64,000 bases of DNA, from contig NC_086101.1 of NCBI RefSeq assembly GCF_963921235.1, forward strand, positions 10,914,001-10,978,000, read 5' to 3'. The DNA is from Mobula hypostoma. Taxonomy: Eukaryota. Positions 63,080 to 64,000 of the stretch are shown here, piece by piece. The position numbers and the translations under genes are program-made. The notes under the pieces were generated by a model. It did not search any database, had not been told where the DNA came from, and was given only the letters and a program-made list of their open reading frames with translations. Position 1 is the first letter of the stretch. The number at the start of each line of letters is the position of its first letter.

Positions 63080-63280
63080 GTGGAGAGGGGGGAGGATGGG
63101 GAAGGAGGGAGGGGGATGTGGAAGAGTGAGGGGGTGTGGGGAGAGGGGGGGGAGAGGGGAGGAGAAGAGAGGGGTGGGAGAGGGAGGGGGCTGGGAGCGA
63201 GTGGGCTGAGAGAGAGGAGGGGAGAGAGAGGGGGGCATGAGTGGTAGAGGGCAGAGAGGGAGAGGGGAGAGAGAGGAGTG
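63080..63280. repeat. G/A-rich low-complexity tract
   Basis: Runs of gggga/gagag. Confidence 0.85.
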
Positions 63281-63291
63281 GGGACACATAC

Positions 63292-63318
63292 CTGACTGCA
63301 CAGGGGGTTTCCATTGTC
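63292..63318 (-). CDS. Candidate 27-nt phase-1 mini-exon ((G)QWKPPVQS(V)) upstream of the PRY-SPRY exon
   Basis: ctttatttttttAG|gacaatggaaaccccctgtgcagtcag|GTatgt; splices in frame to 51976. Confidence 0.55.
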
Positions 63319-64000
63319 CTAAAAAAATAAAGGCAAACCACGATGGAAACATATGAATAAAAGTAACGTTATAAATAAAAAACTAAGACTTACTTCAATG
63401 ACACACAAGAACACTGGCGATATATTAAACACATTTCATGTGTCTGTGTCATTAGAGCAGTCAGTGGTCATGCTGACTCCAACATCTGTGACTGAGTTGC
63501 TCTTTGTGTCATTGGTGTTTTGTCCAGTGATAAACCAGTGACACTGATCGGACCTTTCGGGACTGTCGGGCTGCAGAACACGGGTGCAGACACAGGGTGA
63601 GTGTAGGCTGGGATCAGCAACATCTGACCCTGTAATATTATCAACCTGCGTCAGAGTGGTGATTGATGTTCAGTGCAGAAATACAAACGCAGTTCTAGGA
63701 AGCTGCCACCATGTTCTCGAGGTTGGTGTGAAGCACCCAAAGCACAAGGGCTTGGAAAATTCCACCCAGTGCATTCCATTCACATGGCAAGGATTAGTTC
63801 ACACAACAAACAACGGGTGGAGGAAATCATTGAGCAGCATCTTGCGGGGTGGGGGAGAATGTTGGGGGAGTGAAGTGAAATGTCGACATATTTGGTCAAA
63901 ATCCTGCAACAATCTTTATGCAGGGTTTCAACCCAAAACAACACACATCAAAGTTGCTGGTGAATGCAGCAGGCCAGGCCATCCTGACAAAGGGTCTCAG

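Noticed and set aside
62500..63352. ORFs in 62500-63070 and across the G/A-rich tract
   Set aside because: No identifiable homology by eye; low-complexity artefacts.
63554..63570. Second mini-exon (ttctgcAG|17 nt|GTccga) on the minus strand
   Set aside because: Good acceptor but weak donor, and the length is not a multiple of three; cannot be supported without transcripts.
1..64000. CRISPR arrays, rRNA or genuine tRNA genes, prokaryotic systems
   Set aside because: No regularly spaced repeats or cloverleaf genes seen; tRNA-like matches are only PBS sites and SINE heads, and the DNA is eukaryotic.

Overview
Eukaryotic, transposon-saturated genomic DNA, most likely from a cartilaginous fish (ray/shark). 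This host call is inferred from the repeat repertoire and from the style of the PRY-SPRY exon. Most of the window is nested retroelements: many CR1-clade LINE copies (one full-length with a zinc-finger/esterase ORF1), plus L1/Tx1-like, RTE, Rex1/Babar and Penelope (GIY-YIG) fragments, V-SINE-like SINEs, a hAT-Charlie relic, solo LTRs, a chromodomain Gypsy remnant and a decayed endogenous retrovirus (integrase tail plus gamma-type env). Two LTR retrotransposons are complete, with LTRs, PBS, PPT and target-site duplications. One is a CsRn1/Kabuki-type Gypsy (2336-6670). The other is a young Gmr1-like element (38198-43026) whose single intact 945-aa ORF keeps Gag and protease but has lost the catalytic cores of integrase, RT and RNase H while staying in frame; it is the most unusual object here. 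The only clear host coding sequence is a minus-strand B30.2/PRY-SPRY terminal exon (51444-51976), with a candidate 27-nt upstream mini-exon at 63292-63318. Also seen: degenerate Penelope hammerhead-ribozyme cores and a convergent pair of CTCF-like sites. All calls are by eye; no searches were run, and many repeat boundaries are approximate.
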